From assembly GCA_013239625.1 (NCBI GenBank), contig MU053881.1, forward strand, positions 14,686,373 through 14,750,372: 64,000 nt of DNA, written 5' to 3'. Shown here one piece after another: positions 52,318-64,000 of the stretch. The stretch is from Lama guanicoe. Lineage: Eukaryota. The notes under the pieces were generated by a model that was not told the DNA's origin, did no database searches, and saw only the letters and a list, made by a program, of their open reading frames with translations. The position numbers were made by a program, and so were the translations under genes. Each line of letters begins with the position of its first letter. Position 1 is the stretch's first letter.

Positions 52318-52790
52318 CAGTAATGATCAGTTCATATGTCCCCCTGGCCAGGCTGTAGCCCCCAGTGACTCCATGAACACTAATCTGGGTGTGCCATGGA
52401 GGTATTCTCTAGATGTGGTGACATCCATGACCAGCTGACTGTAAATAAAAGAGATGATCCTTGATGGTCTGAGTGGGCTGCATCCAATCAGCGGCAGGCC
52501 TCAAGAAGGAAACAGAGGTCTCCCTGAAGAGGAAGAAACTTGCCAGTGGACTGAGGTGTTGGCTCCAGCCTGAGCCTATGGCCCGCTTCATGGATTTCAG
52601 ACTCGAAAGCCCCACAACCACGTGAGCCAATTCCTTGCAATAAATCTCTCTCCTCTCTCTCTCTTTCTCTCCCTGCTCCCCCCATATATACACACATATA
52701 CATACACATATATACAAAAATACACATTCGTATACACACATACACATCCTAAAGGTTCTGTCTCTCTCATAGCATCCTGACTGATATGAG
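52318..52790 (+). mobile_element. MLT2-type ERVL LTR with internal (CT)/(CA)-rich tract
   Basis: gtgggctgcatccaatcag...gaaagccccacaaccacgtgagccaattccttgcaataaatctctctc...ggttctgtctctctc...cctgactgata. Confidence 0.8.
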
Positions 52791-53530
52791 CTCCTATACG
52801 TAAACAGGGAAGATGCAAACTTTCCCTTGGAAAAGCAGCCTGATTTTGCAGATGGTCAGGCCTCATTTCCACCCTCTCCAGAGGTGTGGAGAGGAGACCA
52901 AGGCAGGCCCATCTACCCCGTATACAAGGCCAGAGTCATGCACATAGTCCTGGCCACAGAGCCAGAGCCACAGGGCAGGCTGAGAAGGGGAACTCATTCT
53001 TCTAGCACCTTCTGTGCAGCAGACCCCAGTCAGGCCTTTTCCAGTGGATGCAGTGGGCAGGGGGCAGGGGTTCTGGTGCCCAAATGTCAGTGTTGTGACC
53101 TCCCGTGGCTGTCTCATCAGGGTCACCCCGGAGTCAGACACGTGGACATGCACAAGAATTTGTGGCCAAGTATGAACTAAAGTGTAAACCTCCACCTGGG
53201 AGCAGCCACGGTGAGTGCCAGCAACACTTCCCATCTTCAGGAAACAGTACCCTTCTTTTTTCACTTTGGTGAGTCCTCCCTTCCCTCAGTCTGTGTTGTT
53301 AGACAGAGCCATGCCCCCTCCCCAAATGGCCCTAGAGATGAGCATGGAACCTGGTCCTGGCCATTGAGTACTGGCTTGGGACTTTCCTGGAGCAACCAGG
53401 AGTAAGGACACTGTTCTGCTAGGGCTGGCATGCAAGTGGGATCAAGCTGACAGACAAGTGGAGCCTGGAGCCAGCCATGCCTGAAGCAGTCCTAAGCCCT
53501 GATTCCCACTCTTGAAACATCTGCTCCTAC

Positions 53531-54104
53531 CTTTGGCAGCCTCAATGAGCACCCTCAAGCCTCCATTCTCCTGCACGATCATCTTGGCATGGTCATGGGC
53601 ATGGCCAAAGGGCACACGGATGTCATCATCGAAGGTCATAACACGTAGGGCCCAGCAGGCCTCCCTGACCACGTCGGCACAGTGGCTGTGCTGGGTGATA
53701 GCGCCGGTCAGCAGGGGCAGCACACCAGCCTTCACCAGGCTCTGCCGATTCTGCTCGTGCTTCAGGCAGGCATGGCGCACACAGCGGATCCCAGAGCAGG
53801 TCACGTTGGTCGAGTCGGTATTCCCGGCCAGCGTGGCCACCAGCAACTGCAGCCCCTGGGAGTCTAGGAGGTCGGGCTGGCCATCAGTCAGGGCTGACAG
53901 GGCATTGAGGGCCTGGAGCAGAAGGCCTTGGTCACCTGTGGCAGCCAACTTCCAGGTGGCGAGGAGGATGGGGTAGGCCCCCTTCTCAGCTGCCAGAAAG
54001 CGGCAGGCCTTGTGCTGCTTGCACTGCTCGCAAAAGCGGGTGAGGTGTGCTGACGCCTCCTGTAGGTCAGAGTGGGCCACAGACTCCTGCAGGTCATCCA
54101 GAGC
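53531..54104 (-). CDS. ARMC6: ARMC6 large coding exon (574 nt), armadillo repeats
   Basis: ccatag|GCT CTG GAT ... GCC AAA G|gtagga; ...[22 protein letters not shown]...[28 protein letters not shown]... Confidence 0.95.
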
Positions 54105-54981
54105 CTATGGAACATGGGAGAATCCTCCATGTCAGCTCAGTCCAAAGAGGGCCACGGGGACAGTGTGGCATCCCTGTGGGATTCCCTCCCCAGGGATCTG
54201 GGCCTGTGGTGGCAGTTTGGTGGGGCCAGTTCCAGCTGTGGCAGCTTCCGCACCTGTGCTTTTAGGAGCCTTGAGCTTGAGAGGCCATGTAGAGAGAGAG
54301 GCCCCGCCCTCTGTGTCCCTGCCAAGGAGCCACACACATGAGTGCAGGCGTATTAAACATTCTAGCCCTGGGTGCTGTGGCATGAGAGGCCCCAAGTGAG
54401 ACCTGCAGAAGAACTGTCCAGCTGAGTTCAGTCAACCCAACCAAATCGCAAGAAACAACCAAATGGCTATTGTTTTGGGTTGTTTGTTATGCAGCCATAA
54501 CGAAATGATACACCTGCCAACAGCCAGCTCTCCCAGGGAGGCGAAAGCCACCTTCACCAGCCTTGCACATTATCAGATGTCTCCTGTTTGTCTCTCTCAT
54601 TCACTCCACAAATATTTACCAAGCATCTGCCAAATGAAACCACACTATACACACGCTTGGTTCACCCACAGTCAACTCTAAGCCCTTGGGGGAAAAACTT
54701 ATAATGAAAGTCACAAGCTCAAGAGGAGCCTACACCCCTGGAGCTTAAGGTATCATCTGCATCCAGCTCTGGTGAGGGTGGGTCTACAGACATCATCAGT
54801 TCAAAGGGCTTTGATTTGGCCTCGACTACCATGAAAGACAAGAATGCTTCTCGGTCAACCCTCGCTGAGCTCAGACTAGTGGACTTTACTGAGCATACGT
54901 TATGACGAAACAGAATATTAAGAAATAGGTTAACCCCAAAGTGTGTGACTTGAATACATGTTTTTTTAAAGAAGATACACA

Positions 54982-55120
54982 GAGGGAAGGGTACAGCTCA
55001 GTGGTAGAGTGCGTGCTTAGCATGAGGTCCTGGGTTCAGTCCCCAGTATCTCCATTAAAAACATAAATAAATAAAACGTAATTACCCCCCCCAAAAGAGA
55101 AAACAAACAAATAAAAAAAA
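54982..55120 (+). mobile_element. Vic-1-like SINE inserted in an L1
   Basis: gggaagggtacagctcagtggtagagtgcgtgcttagcatg...ggttcagtccccagtatctccatt; flanked by near-duplicated aaagaagata. Confidence 0.88.
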
Positions 55121-55915
55121 GAAGATATGCAAATGGCCACTAAGGATATGAAAAGACGCTCAACATTACTAGGGAAATGCACGTCAAAACCACAATGAGA
55201 TACCATCACACTCATTATGGTGACTACTACTAAGAAAAAACAAAACAAAACAAAAAATCCCACAAAAGACCTGAAAATAACAAGTGTTGGTGAGAATATG
55301 GAGAAATTCGAACCCTGTGCACTGTCACTGAGAATATAAAATGGTGCAGCTGCTGTGGAAAACAGTATGGTGGTTCCTCAAAAAATTAAACAAGGAGATC
55401 CATCAATTCCACTTCTGAGTATACATCCCAAAGAACTGAAAGCAGGGTTTCAGATGTCTGTACACCCATGTTCACAGCAGCATCATTCACAGGAGTCAAA
55501 AGGCAGAAGCAACCCCACTGTCCATTAATGGATGAATGGATAAACAAAATAGGGTATATCCATACAATGGAATATTATTCAGCCTTAAAAAGGAACGAAA
55601 TTCTGACAAATATTACAACATGGATGAACCTTGAGGACATTATGCTAAGTGAAATGAGCCAGTCACAAAAGGTCAAATACTGTATGATTCTCCTTGTATG
55701 AGGTCTGTAGAGTAGTCACATTCAGAGACAGAAAGTAGAATGGTGGATGCCAGGGCTGGGAGGAGGGGGATGGGCAGTTAGTTAACAGGGACAGAGTTTC
55801 AGTCTGGCATGATGGTTGGACAATAATGTGAATATACTTAATGCCACTGAACTGTGCACTTAGAAATGGTTAAGATGGTAGATTTTATGTTATGAATATT
55901 TAACCACAAAACCAA
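55120..55915 (+). mobile_element. L1MB-like 3' portion (ORF2 end + 3'UTR)
   Basis: ORF 55468 MFTAASFTGVKRQKQPHCPLMDEWINK...MEYYSALKRNEIL; gccactgaactgtgcacttagaaatggttaagatgg. Confidence 0.88.
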
Positions 55916-56427
55916 AACCAAAAAGAGGATCTGGCCTTTTGGCAGAAATACTGCAAGAAACTTGAAAAGCTTGTGATACAAGTGCCACTGAGAACACACA
56001 ATACGGGAGTTACAACCACTCTATGTTCAGTCAGATAAGAAAGGCAAAGAAAATGAGCAAAATTTGCACACTAGTATCTGTCAAATTTCAGGAAATCTCT
56101 TCTTGTCTTGGATCTTATTAGAAAGCCCAGTCCTTGAGTTGGCTGGCTATGGTCATCATCTCCATGGTCTCTAGGTGCTGCCTGTCACTCCCCTAGACCC
56201 CACTACTGGATGAGGAGAGCACAGTTGCTAAAGCAGAGGTGGTAGGGCCAGCTGTGCTCCATCTGTGACAAGTCAGCATGGTGACAGGGACTTGGGCCAC
56301 CAACCCTGGGGGTCATTTTCTGTGTCTCTGTGACTGATGGCTTTTATTCTGGAACTTTCATGTATAAAACTGGACTAGTTTCTATTCAAAGAGTTCCAGA
56401 CTTCATCCCAGTTTTACTGGCAACCAT

Positions 56428-57185
56428 TTTTTTCACTGAAGTATGGTTAACTTACAATACTGTGTTAGTTTCAGATATGCAGCAAAGTGATTCAGTTGTG
56501 TATATATATAAATATACAGGGGGAGGATACAACTCAAGTGGTAGAGTGTGTGCTTAGCACACATGAGGTCCTGGGTTCAATCCCCAGTACCTCCATTAAA
56601 CAAACAAACAAACAAATAAATAAATAAATAGATAAATAAAACTATTTGCTTTCCCCCTAAAAAATTTTTAAATATATATATATAGAGAGAGAGCTATTCT
56701 TTTTCAGGTTCTTTTCCACTATAGGTTACTATACGATATTGAATATAGTTGTCCCTGTTTTATATAGTAGGTCCTTGTTGTTCATCTATTTTATATATAG
56801 TAGTTTGTATCTGCTAATCCCAAACTCCTAATTTTTTCCCTATCCTTTTCCCCTTTAGTAACCATAAGTTTGTTTTCTATGTCTGTGAGTCTATTTCTAT
56901 TTGTGAATAAGTTGATTTGTATCATTCTTTAGATTCTACGTATCAGTGATATATTTGTCCTCTGTTTGACTTACTTCACTTGATATGATAATCCCTACGT
57001 CCAATCATATTGCTGCAAATGGCAGTAGTATTCCACTGTGTGTGTGTGTGTGTGTGTGTGTACACATACACTATATCTTCTTTAGTCATCTGTCGATAGA
57101 CACTTAGGTTGCTTCCATGTCTTGGCTATTGTAAAGAGCGCTGCTATGAACACTGGGGTGGATGTATCTTTTTGAACTAGAGTTT
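56428..57185 (-). mobile_element. L1 3' end, antisense, containing a SINE (56519-56660, +); partly re-copied at 59131-59535
   Basis: gtatctgctaatcccaaactcc, aaccataagtttgttttctatgtctgtgagtc, cacttaggttgcttccatgtcttggctattgta. Confidence 0.85.
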
Positions 57186-58907
57186 TTAACTCTCTAATTT
57201 CTCTCTGGTTGGATGTGAACTTCCATGCTCATGGTGCCACCCCTCTGGAAGGTGAGAATGGGATTGGTAGGAGAGACAGGACAGGGACTTTCAGATTTTA
57301 CTACAAATGCTTGAATATTGTTTGAATCTTTTATGCCAAGAATGTGTTCATGTTCTTCTGCAATGAAAAATAAAATTTTATAAAAAAGAATATATATATA
57401 ATATGTATACATATGTACAACTGGATCATTTTGCTCTACACCTGAAACTAACACAACATTGTAAATCAACTATACTTCAATTAAAAAATAAGATAAAATT
57501 TCAAAAGTCAAATTAAAAAGAATAAAAGGGCAAAGATTGTAAACAAACAAGGAGTTTCCTGTACTGCTGGTAGAAGGCAGCAGGGCCATTCTCTGAGCTT
57601 AGCTACCCTGGGAGAGGGACCTGGGTCTGGACACATCTCTATCCCTCACCAGAGGTAAATCATTTATCTTTGGGAAGCCTCAGATTCCTGATCAGCAAAA
57701 TGGACTAATCATAGATTGAGATAACATGTTTTAAGAATTTAACACAATGCCAAGTACTTAAGAAGTACTTTGATTCTTAGAGACTATTTTTGTTGAGAGC
57801 CTTCATATATAAAGGACACCTACAAATCAATAACATGAGCAACCCAATAGAAAAATTGCCAGGGGAGAGGCTCATTTTAAAACATATTTATCCTCAGTAG
57901 CAAAGATAGTCAAAAGACCATAAGATAATTTTCACAAAACCTCTGCAAGGTAGGAGATAGTGAGGAAGTTGAGGACAGGGAGAAGTAAGCAACTGCCCTG
58001 AAGTAGAATTAGGTTCATACCCAGGACTGTCTCCTCCAACTTCCTCTTTTACCCCTATGCTCTTTGCTGCAAAGTGCATCATAATTTTTCTTTGGATCTC
58101 AATTTTCCCATCTGTTAAATGGGGGGTAATAAGCCCAACCCTGCAGATATCTTTGGGAAAATAACTGAGACAGCATGAGGAAAGTGCCTAGCATAGAACT
58201 AAGTCCACAGCTGGTTCTCAATAAACACTAGAACTTTCTACATTTTACCAACAGCTTACCAGTTCGATGGATGACCTTAAGGAAAGGACTTAACCTCTGT
58301 GAGCTGTGCTTTCCCTGTTTGGATCACTGGAGAGCAAGGGCAGGCTCTGGGCCTTCGCTTCCCCACCAGAAAGCCAGGGATGACATCACCACCCTCACAG
58401 GCCAGTTTAAGTGCTAAGGGGATGGGCTGTAACCTGCCAGAAAATAGTCAGTGCTCAGTAAATGACAGCCTTACTATGATCCCACTCTCTTTTCCTGGGA
58501 TTCCTGTCCATTTTTCTGAGCAAACTCAGTGACTGGGAGGCAGGAAAGAGGCTCCTCCAAGGCGCCCTCCACCCAAGGCTCCCAACACCAGAACAAAAAT
58601 GAACACTGTCTACCCCTTAGGCTTGGAGTGTTATCCACTCCTGCCTACGCCGTCTGCTCCAATCTCAGACTGTGGCATGTGGGTGTGTGGGCAGAGCATG
58701 GCGACCCCTGAGAGGCCCTAAGACATTGACTCTGGGAGCCCTGGCTGCAAACTCGGGCTTGCCTGTGCTTGCCAGGCAGGCTCTGACCTTCTGAGTCTGT
58801 GTCTGCCACTGGGAATCAGTGGGAATCAGGGAAAAGATGCCCCTGACAGAATTAAGAGGTGATGTGGGACTCAGCATGTAAGGCCAACATGGGCTGCCCC
58901 CTCTTAC

Positions 58908-58990
58908 CTGCAGGATGTCATGTGTGGGCTCCTGGAGTCCATCTGCAGAGACTTTCGGCATCATCTTTACAATGTTGCTTAGATTGACTC
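58908..58990 (-). CDS. ARMC6: ARMC6 83-nt coding exon, copy A
   Basis: ccacag|GA GTC AAT ... CTG CAG|gtaaga; VNLSNIVKMMPKVSADGLQEPTHDILQ. Confidence 0.8.
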
Positions 58991-61257
58991 CTGTGGGTGG
59001 TGGGGGAGTCAGGAAACAAGTGACAGCTGTCACCCCCATGGGCCTGCCAGAGTCACACCTCAAGTCCCTTCTGCTGGGACCAGGCTACTTCGGGGGCCTT
59101 CAGAGATCTGCCCAGCTCCCCATCCTGCCATTCATCTATTTTATATATAGTAGTTTGTATCTGCTAATCCCAAACTCCTAATTTTTTCCCTATCCTTTTC
59201 CCCTTTAGTAACCATAAGTTTGTTTTCTATGTCTGTGAGTCTATTTCTATTTGTGAATAAGTTGATTTGTATCATTCTTTAGATTCTACGTATCAGTGAT
59301 ATATTTGTCCTCTGTTTGACTTACTTCACTTGATATGATAATCCCTACGTCCAATCATATTGCTGCAAATGGCAGTAGTATTCCACTGTGTGTGTGTGTG
59401 TGTGTGTGTGTACACATACACTATATCTTCTTTAGTCATCTGTCGATAGACACTTAGGTTGCTTCCATGTCTTGGCTATTGTAAAGAGCGCTGCTATGAA
59501 CACTGGGGTGGATGTATCTTTTTGAACTAGAGTTTTTAACTCTCTAATTTCTCTCTGGTTGGATGTGAACTTCCATGCTCATGGTGCCACCCCTCTGGAA
59601 GGTGAGAATGGGATTGGTAGGAGAGACAGGACAGGGACTTTCAGATTTTACTACAAATGCTTGAATATTGTTTGAATCTTTTATGCCAAGAATGTGTTCA
59701 TGTTCTTCTGCAATGAAAAATAAAATTTTATAAAAAAGAATATATATATAATATGTATACATATGTACAACTGGATCATTTTGCTCTACACCTGAAACTA
59801 ACACAACATTGTAAATCAACTATACTTCAATTAAAAAATAAGATAAAATTTCAAAAGTCAAATTAAAAAGAATAAAAGGGCAAAGATTGTAAACAAACAG
59901 GGAGTTTCCTGTACTGCTGGTAGAAGGCAGCAGGGCCATTCTCTGAGCTTAGCTACCCTGGGAGAGGGACCTGGGTCTGGACACATCTCTATCCCTCACC
60001 AGAGGTAAATCATTTATCTTTGGGAAGCCTCAGATTCCTGATCAGCAAAATGGACTAATCATAGATTGAGATAACATGTTTTAAGAATTTAACACAATGC
60101 CAAGTACTTAAGAAGTACTTTGATTCTTAGAGACTATTTTTGTTGAGAGCCTTCATATATAAAGGACACCTACAAATCAATAACATGAGCAACCCAATAG
60201 AAAAATTGCCAGGGGAGAGGCTCATTTTAAAACATATTTATCCTCAGTAGCAAAGATAGTCAAAAGACCATAAGATAATTTTCACAAAACCTCTGCAAGG
60301 TAGGAGATAGTGAGGAAGTTGAGGACAGGGAGAAGTAAGCAACTGCCCTGAAGTAGAATTAGGTTCATACCCAGGACTGTCTCCTCCAACTTCCTCTTTT
60401 ACCCCTATGCTCTTTGCTGCAAAGTGCATCATAATTTTTCTTTGGATCTCAATTTTCCCATCTGTTAAATGGGGGGTAATAAGCCCAACCCTGCAGATAT
60501 CTTTGGGAAAATAACTGAGACAGCATGAGGAAAGTGCCTAGCATAGAACTAAGTCCACAGCTGGTTCTCAATAAACACTAGAACTTTCTACATTTTACCA
60601 ACAGCTTACCAGTTCGATGGATGACCTTAAGGAAAGGACTTAACCTCTGTGAGCTGTGCTTTCCCTGTTTGGATCACTGGAGAGCAAGGGCAGGCTCTGG
60701 GCCTTCGCTTCCCCACCAGAAAGCCAGGGATGACATCACCACCCTCACAGGCCAGTTTAAGTGCTAAGGGGATGGGCTGTAACCTGCCAGAAAATAGTCA
60801 GTGCTCAGTAAATGACAGCCTTACTATGATCCCACTCTCTTTTCCTGGGATTCCTGTCCATTTTTCTGAGCAAACTCAGTGACTGGGAGGCAGGAAAGAG
60901 GCTCCTCCAAGGCGCCCTCCACCCAAGGCTCCCAACACCAGAACAAAAATGAACACTGTCTACCCCTTAGGCTTGGAGTGTTATCCACTCCTGCCTACGC
61001 CGTCTGCTCCAATCTCAGACTGTGGCATGTGGGTGTGTGGGCAGAGCATGGCGACCCCTGAGAGGCCCTAAGACATTGACTCTGGGAGCCCTGGCTGCAA
61101 ACTCGGGCTTGCCTGTGCTTGCCAGGCAGGCTCTGACCTTCTGAGTCTGTGTCTGCCACTGGGAATCAGTGGGAATCAGGGAAAAGATGCCCCTGACAGA
61201 ATTAAGAGGTGATGTGGGACTCAGCATGTAAGGCCAACATGGGCTGCCCCCTCTTAC

Positions 61258-61340
61258 CTGCAGGACGTCATGTGTGGGCTCCTGGAGTCCATCTGCAGAG
61301 ACTTTCGGCGTCATCTTTACAATGTTGCTTAGATTGACTC
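61258..61340 (-). CDS. ARMC6: ARMC6 83-nt coding exon, copy B
   Basis: Same splice sites as copy A; VNLSNIVKMTPKVSADGLQEPTHDVLQ. Confidence 0.8.
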
Positions 61341-62460
61341 CTGTGGGTGGTGGGGGAGTCAGGAAACAAGTGACAGCTGTCACCCCCATGGGCCTGCCAG
61401 AGTCACACCTCAAGTCCCTTCTGCTGGGACCAGGCTACTTCGGGGGCCTTCAGAGATCTGCCCAGCTCCCCATCCTGCCCCACGCCCTGCCCAGGCAGGG
61501 CCCAGCAGCCACACCCAAATGCTTTGGCCCCATCCAGCTAGTGGGAACAGAAGAGCAGTGAGGCTACACACCATTGCTGCAGTGAGGGACACATTCTGTT
61601 TGGTGGGCTTTGAGGGGAAGGGAACCCATGACCTTCTTCCTTGGGGCTCCCACTGTTCTTCACCCTGGGTGCATCTCTGCCCTCTCTGGTACCCCCAAAG
61701 GAAGCCCCCACTGTGCAGAACACTTCTAGATGGTCCTCCAGCCCCTGTCCGGTGTCTATACCCTACTCTGTGGCCAGGATGACAGCTTCTGAACTCTAAG
61801 GCTAGATCCCTGGCCTCCCTTGCCCCCTGGCATCTGACTGGATTTGGCCAATGGGAAGCTGGACTTGAGATCAGGGGCAGGAGGAGTGGGAGGGTGGGGT
61901 GTTCATTCCCAGCTTCCTGCCTCTGTCTTTGTCAGGTAACCCTCATCCCCTGCGATGGCCTGTCATGGGGCAGAGGAGGTCCCTACTGTGCCTGGCAGAG
62001 TCTCCTAACCTTGCTCATGCTATTGCAAAGAGCTCCCTCTTTACCACTCTCCTCCATGGCCTGGCTTGAGCACGCCACCTATTTCCATGGGCCGGTCATC
62101 AACACCTCTTCTGCCTCCATGAACTCAAGCCTGGGTGCAGGTGGGGCAGGGAGGCAGGTGGCCCTGTTTCTTGGGAGGTGGTCAAGAGAAGTCTCTTCAA
62201 GAAAGCAACAATTAAAATGAGACCCAACTTGAAGGACCCAGCCCTGCAGATGTCAGGGTAAGGTGCAGGCAAGTAGAAGGTGGGTGTCAAGCAAGGTGGG
62301 AGTGTGTGGCCAGCCTGCTTGGGGCAGAGCCCAGAGCTGCCATGCCAGGAGGGATGGGGTCGTGGCAGGACACCATTCTTGCACGTTAAGAGCCACGGAC
62401 TGGAGGTGACTGTCGGGCAAAGAGCCACAGCAGCGCTGAGACTGGGCCACACTGCCTTAC

Positions 62461-62587
62461 CCTGTGACTCAAACTGCTCCACAGCCTCTTTCACTGCCTC
62501 CTCCGGCTCCATCTCCAATTCCTCGATGTTCTCACGAACGGCTGCATCAAAGGTTTCCTGGGTGATACGCTTGGAGGTCATTGTCAT
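62461..62587 (-). CDS. ARMC6: ARMC6 ATG-containing exon (exon 62461-62630; in-frame ATGs at 62587 and 62581)
   Basis: ttcttag|cttggg...AAG ATG ACA ATG ACC TCC AAG ... CAG G|gtaagg; [46 protein letters not shown] from 62581 with one 83-nt exon = 1407 nt (468 aa). Confidence 0.92.
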
Positions 62588-63069
62588 CTTCTCCTCATGG
62601 GGCCAAGGACACCCACTAGTTGCTCCCAAGCTAAGAAGGTAAGAAGAAAGCTTCATCGAGAGGGAGAGGCAACTGAGAACCTGGCCACCATTTAGGGAGC
62701 ATCTACCAAGGGGCCACAGCCTACAACCACCCTGGAAAAGTTCTTACAACCTGAGTCACAGGAAAGGGTGATATCCGAACATCCACAGAACATCTAAAAG
62801 TACAGAAGAGGGCAGGTAGTTTACCACATTTTATCTAAGAAATGAGGAATGTTAATATAACGTATGTACTTATAGTAAAAAGTAGTAATAATAAAGATAA
62901 AATAATATCTTAATAATATTATGTTGTATGTTACATGATTATAATATTATATGTATTACTCATATTTATTCACATATTACTCTGTATACAGTTATAAACT
63001 TTACATGTAATTACATAATGAAATAAAACGTTACAATAGCATATAGTTATACTAATAAAGATTTAAAAT

Positions 63070-63970
63070 AAAAATAATAAGAAGAAGAAGAATGAAAGTA
63101 AATTAAAAGCTAACAGAAATAGTCACCTGTAACAGGAGGTAGAGAAAGGGTAATGAGAGCAGGAACAGAAGTTGAATTATTCTGTCTTAAAGTACTTCAT
63201 TTTACAGGTTTGAATTTGGAACTCAGATAAATGCTTTGTGTGATTAGGAAAATAAATATGCCAAAATAACCAAAATAAAAATAAAAGCAATCCCTAAAAC
63301 TCAAGAGCAAAATGAAACTAATGAATTTAACATTTTATCTTCATGGATCACTTAATGCAATTTTAAAACAGTGATATGACTGTATATTCTTTTTTTTTTA
63401 TAACGGTATATTCTTACTGGGATCTACTCTAAGGATAGAATCGCAAAAGAAAATCTTCAACAATTTTCAGTAATCGTGTTATCAGAAACTATATCAGTAA
63501 TACTATTTGGAAACTATTATAGATGTAGCAAGTAAGTAGTAGCATTTGTATCATTAGGAACCAGCATAAAAGAAAAAAGATTCTAATATAAAATCAAAGA
63601 AGTAAAAACTCAGAACTCCTAAATTTGAACTGGAAATACAAGATGAATCATTACACATTTTCATTTGAGCAAACAAAGAACCAATTTTCTATTAATACGA
63701 ACTGAGAATGCCTGGAGGAAATGATACCACAGCAGTAATGAGCACCCTGAATACCAGCTGTGGTCTCTATATACCATTTTCCACCAAAGAAGCCAGGGGT
63801 CTTGGAATAATGGTTGAGTCTATGTCTGGGTAGGAAATGGGCCAAATGAGCCAGGAGCATCACGTGAGGCCAGAAAGCAAAGAAGCTTCTAAAGACCACT
63901 GGGGTCACATCAAAGGACTCAGACTACCCTAAAGGGCACTAGCTAAGGAAGATGGGATAAGTGAGCATTC
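63070..63970 (+). mobile_element. Old L1 3'UTR-like remnant (approximate)
   Basis: A-rich L1M-like text (accattttccaccaaagaagccaggggtcttggaataatggttgag...gggccaaatgag). Confidence 0.5.
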
Positions 63971-64000
63971 AAACAAAACAAAACAAAACAAAACCAATAG

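Larger units (their letters stand above)
56781..61479. repeat. Tandem duplication, period 2350 bp (56781-59129 and 59131-61479), containing one ARMC6 exon
   Basis: Direct comparison; the ORF track repeats at +2350; three mismatches seen. Confidence 0.97.

Overview
Mammalian genomic DNA, probably camelid (inferred from about 10 copies of a tRNA-Ala(AGC)-derived, Vic-1-like SINE). It carries the conserved TMEM161A / SLC25A42 / ARMC6 neighbourhood. The window holds the 3' seven exons of TMEM161A (+), a complete SLC25A42 (-; 7 coding exons, 957 nt = 318 aa + stop; non-coding exon 1 in a CCAAT-rich CpG island near 43.6 kb), and the coding exons of ARMC6 (-; 468 aa from MTSKR; further 5' exons probably lie outside the window). 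The rest is intronic or intergenic sequence rich in L1, MaLR/ERV LTR, MER2 and SINE remnants. Main observations: (1) two near-identical tandem duplications containing exons (638-bp period in TMEM161A, 2350-bp period in ARMC6). Both would be frameshifting, and both have a single orphan 'a' at the junction, which points to unmerged assembly overlaps rather than biology. (2) A heavily decayed RTE-clade reverse-transcriptase fossil in a SLC25A42 intron, recognisable only from collinear motifs spread over shifting frames. (3) A GC-AG intron and a 26-nt micro-exon in SLC25A42. (4) A stop-free, in-frame 102-nt intron in TMEM161A. I found no evidence for a new functional gene system. Gene identities and repeat family names come from my recall of the families, not from database searches.
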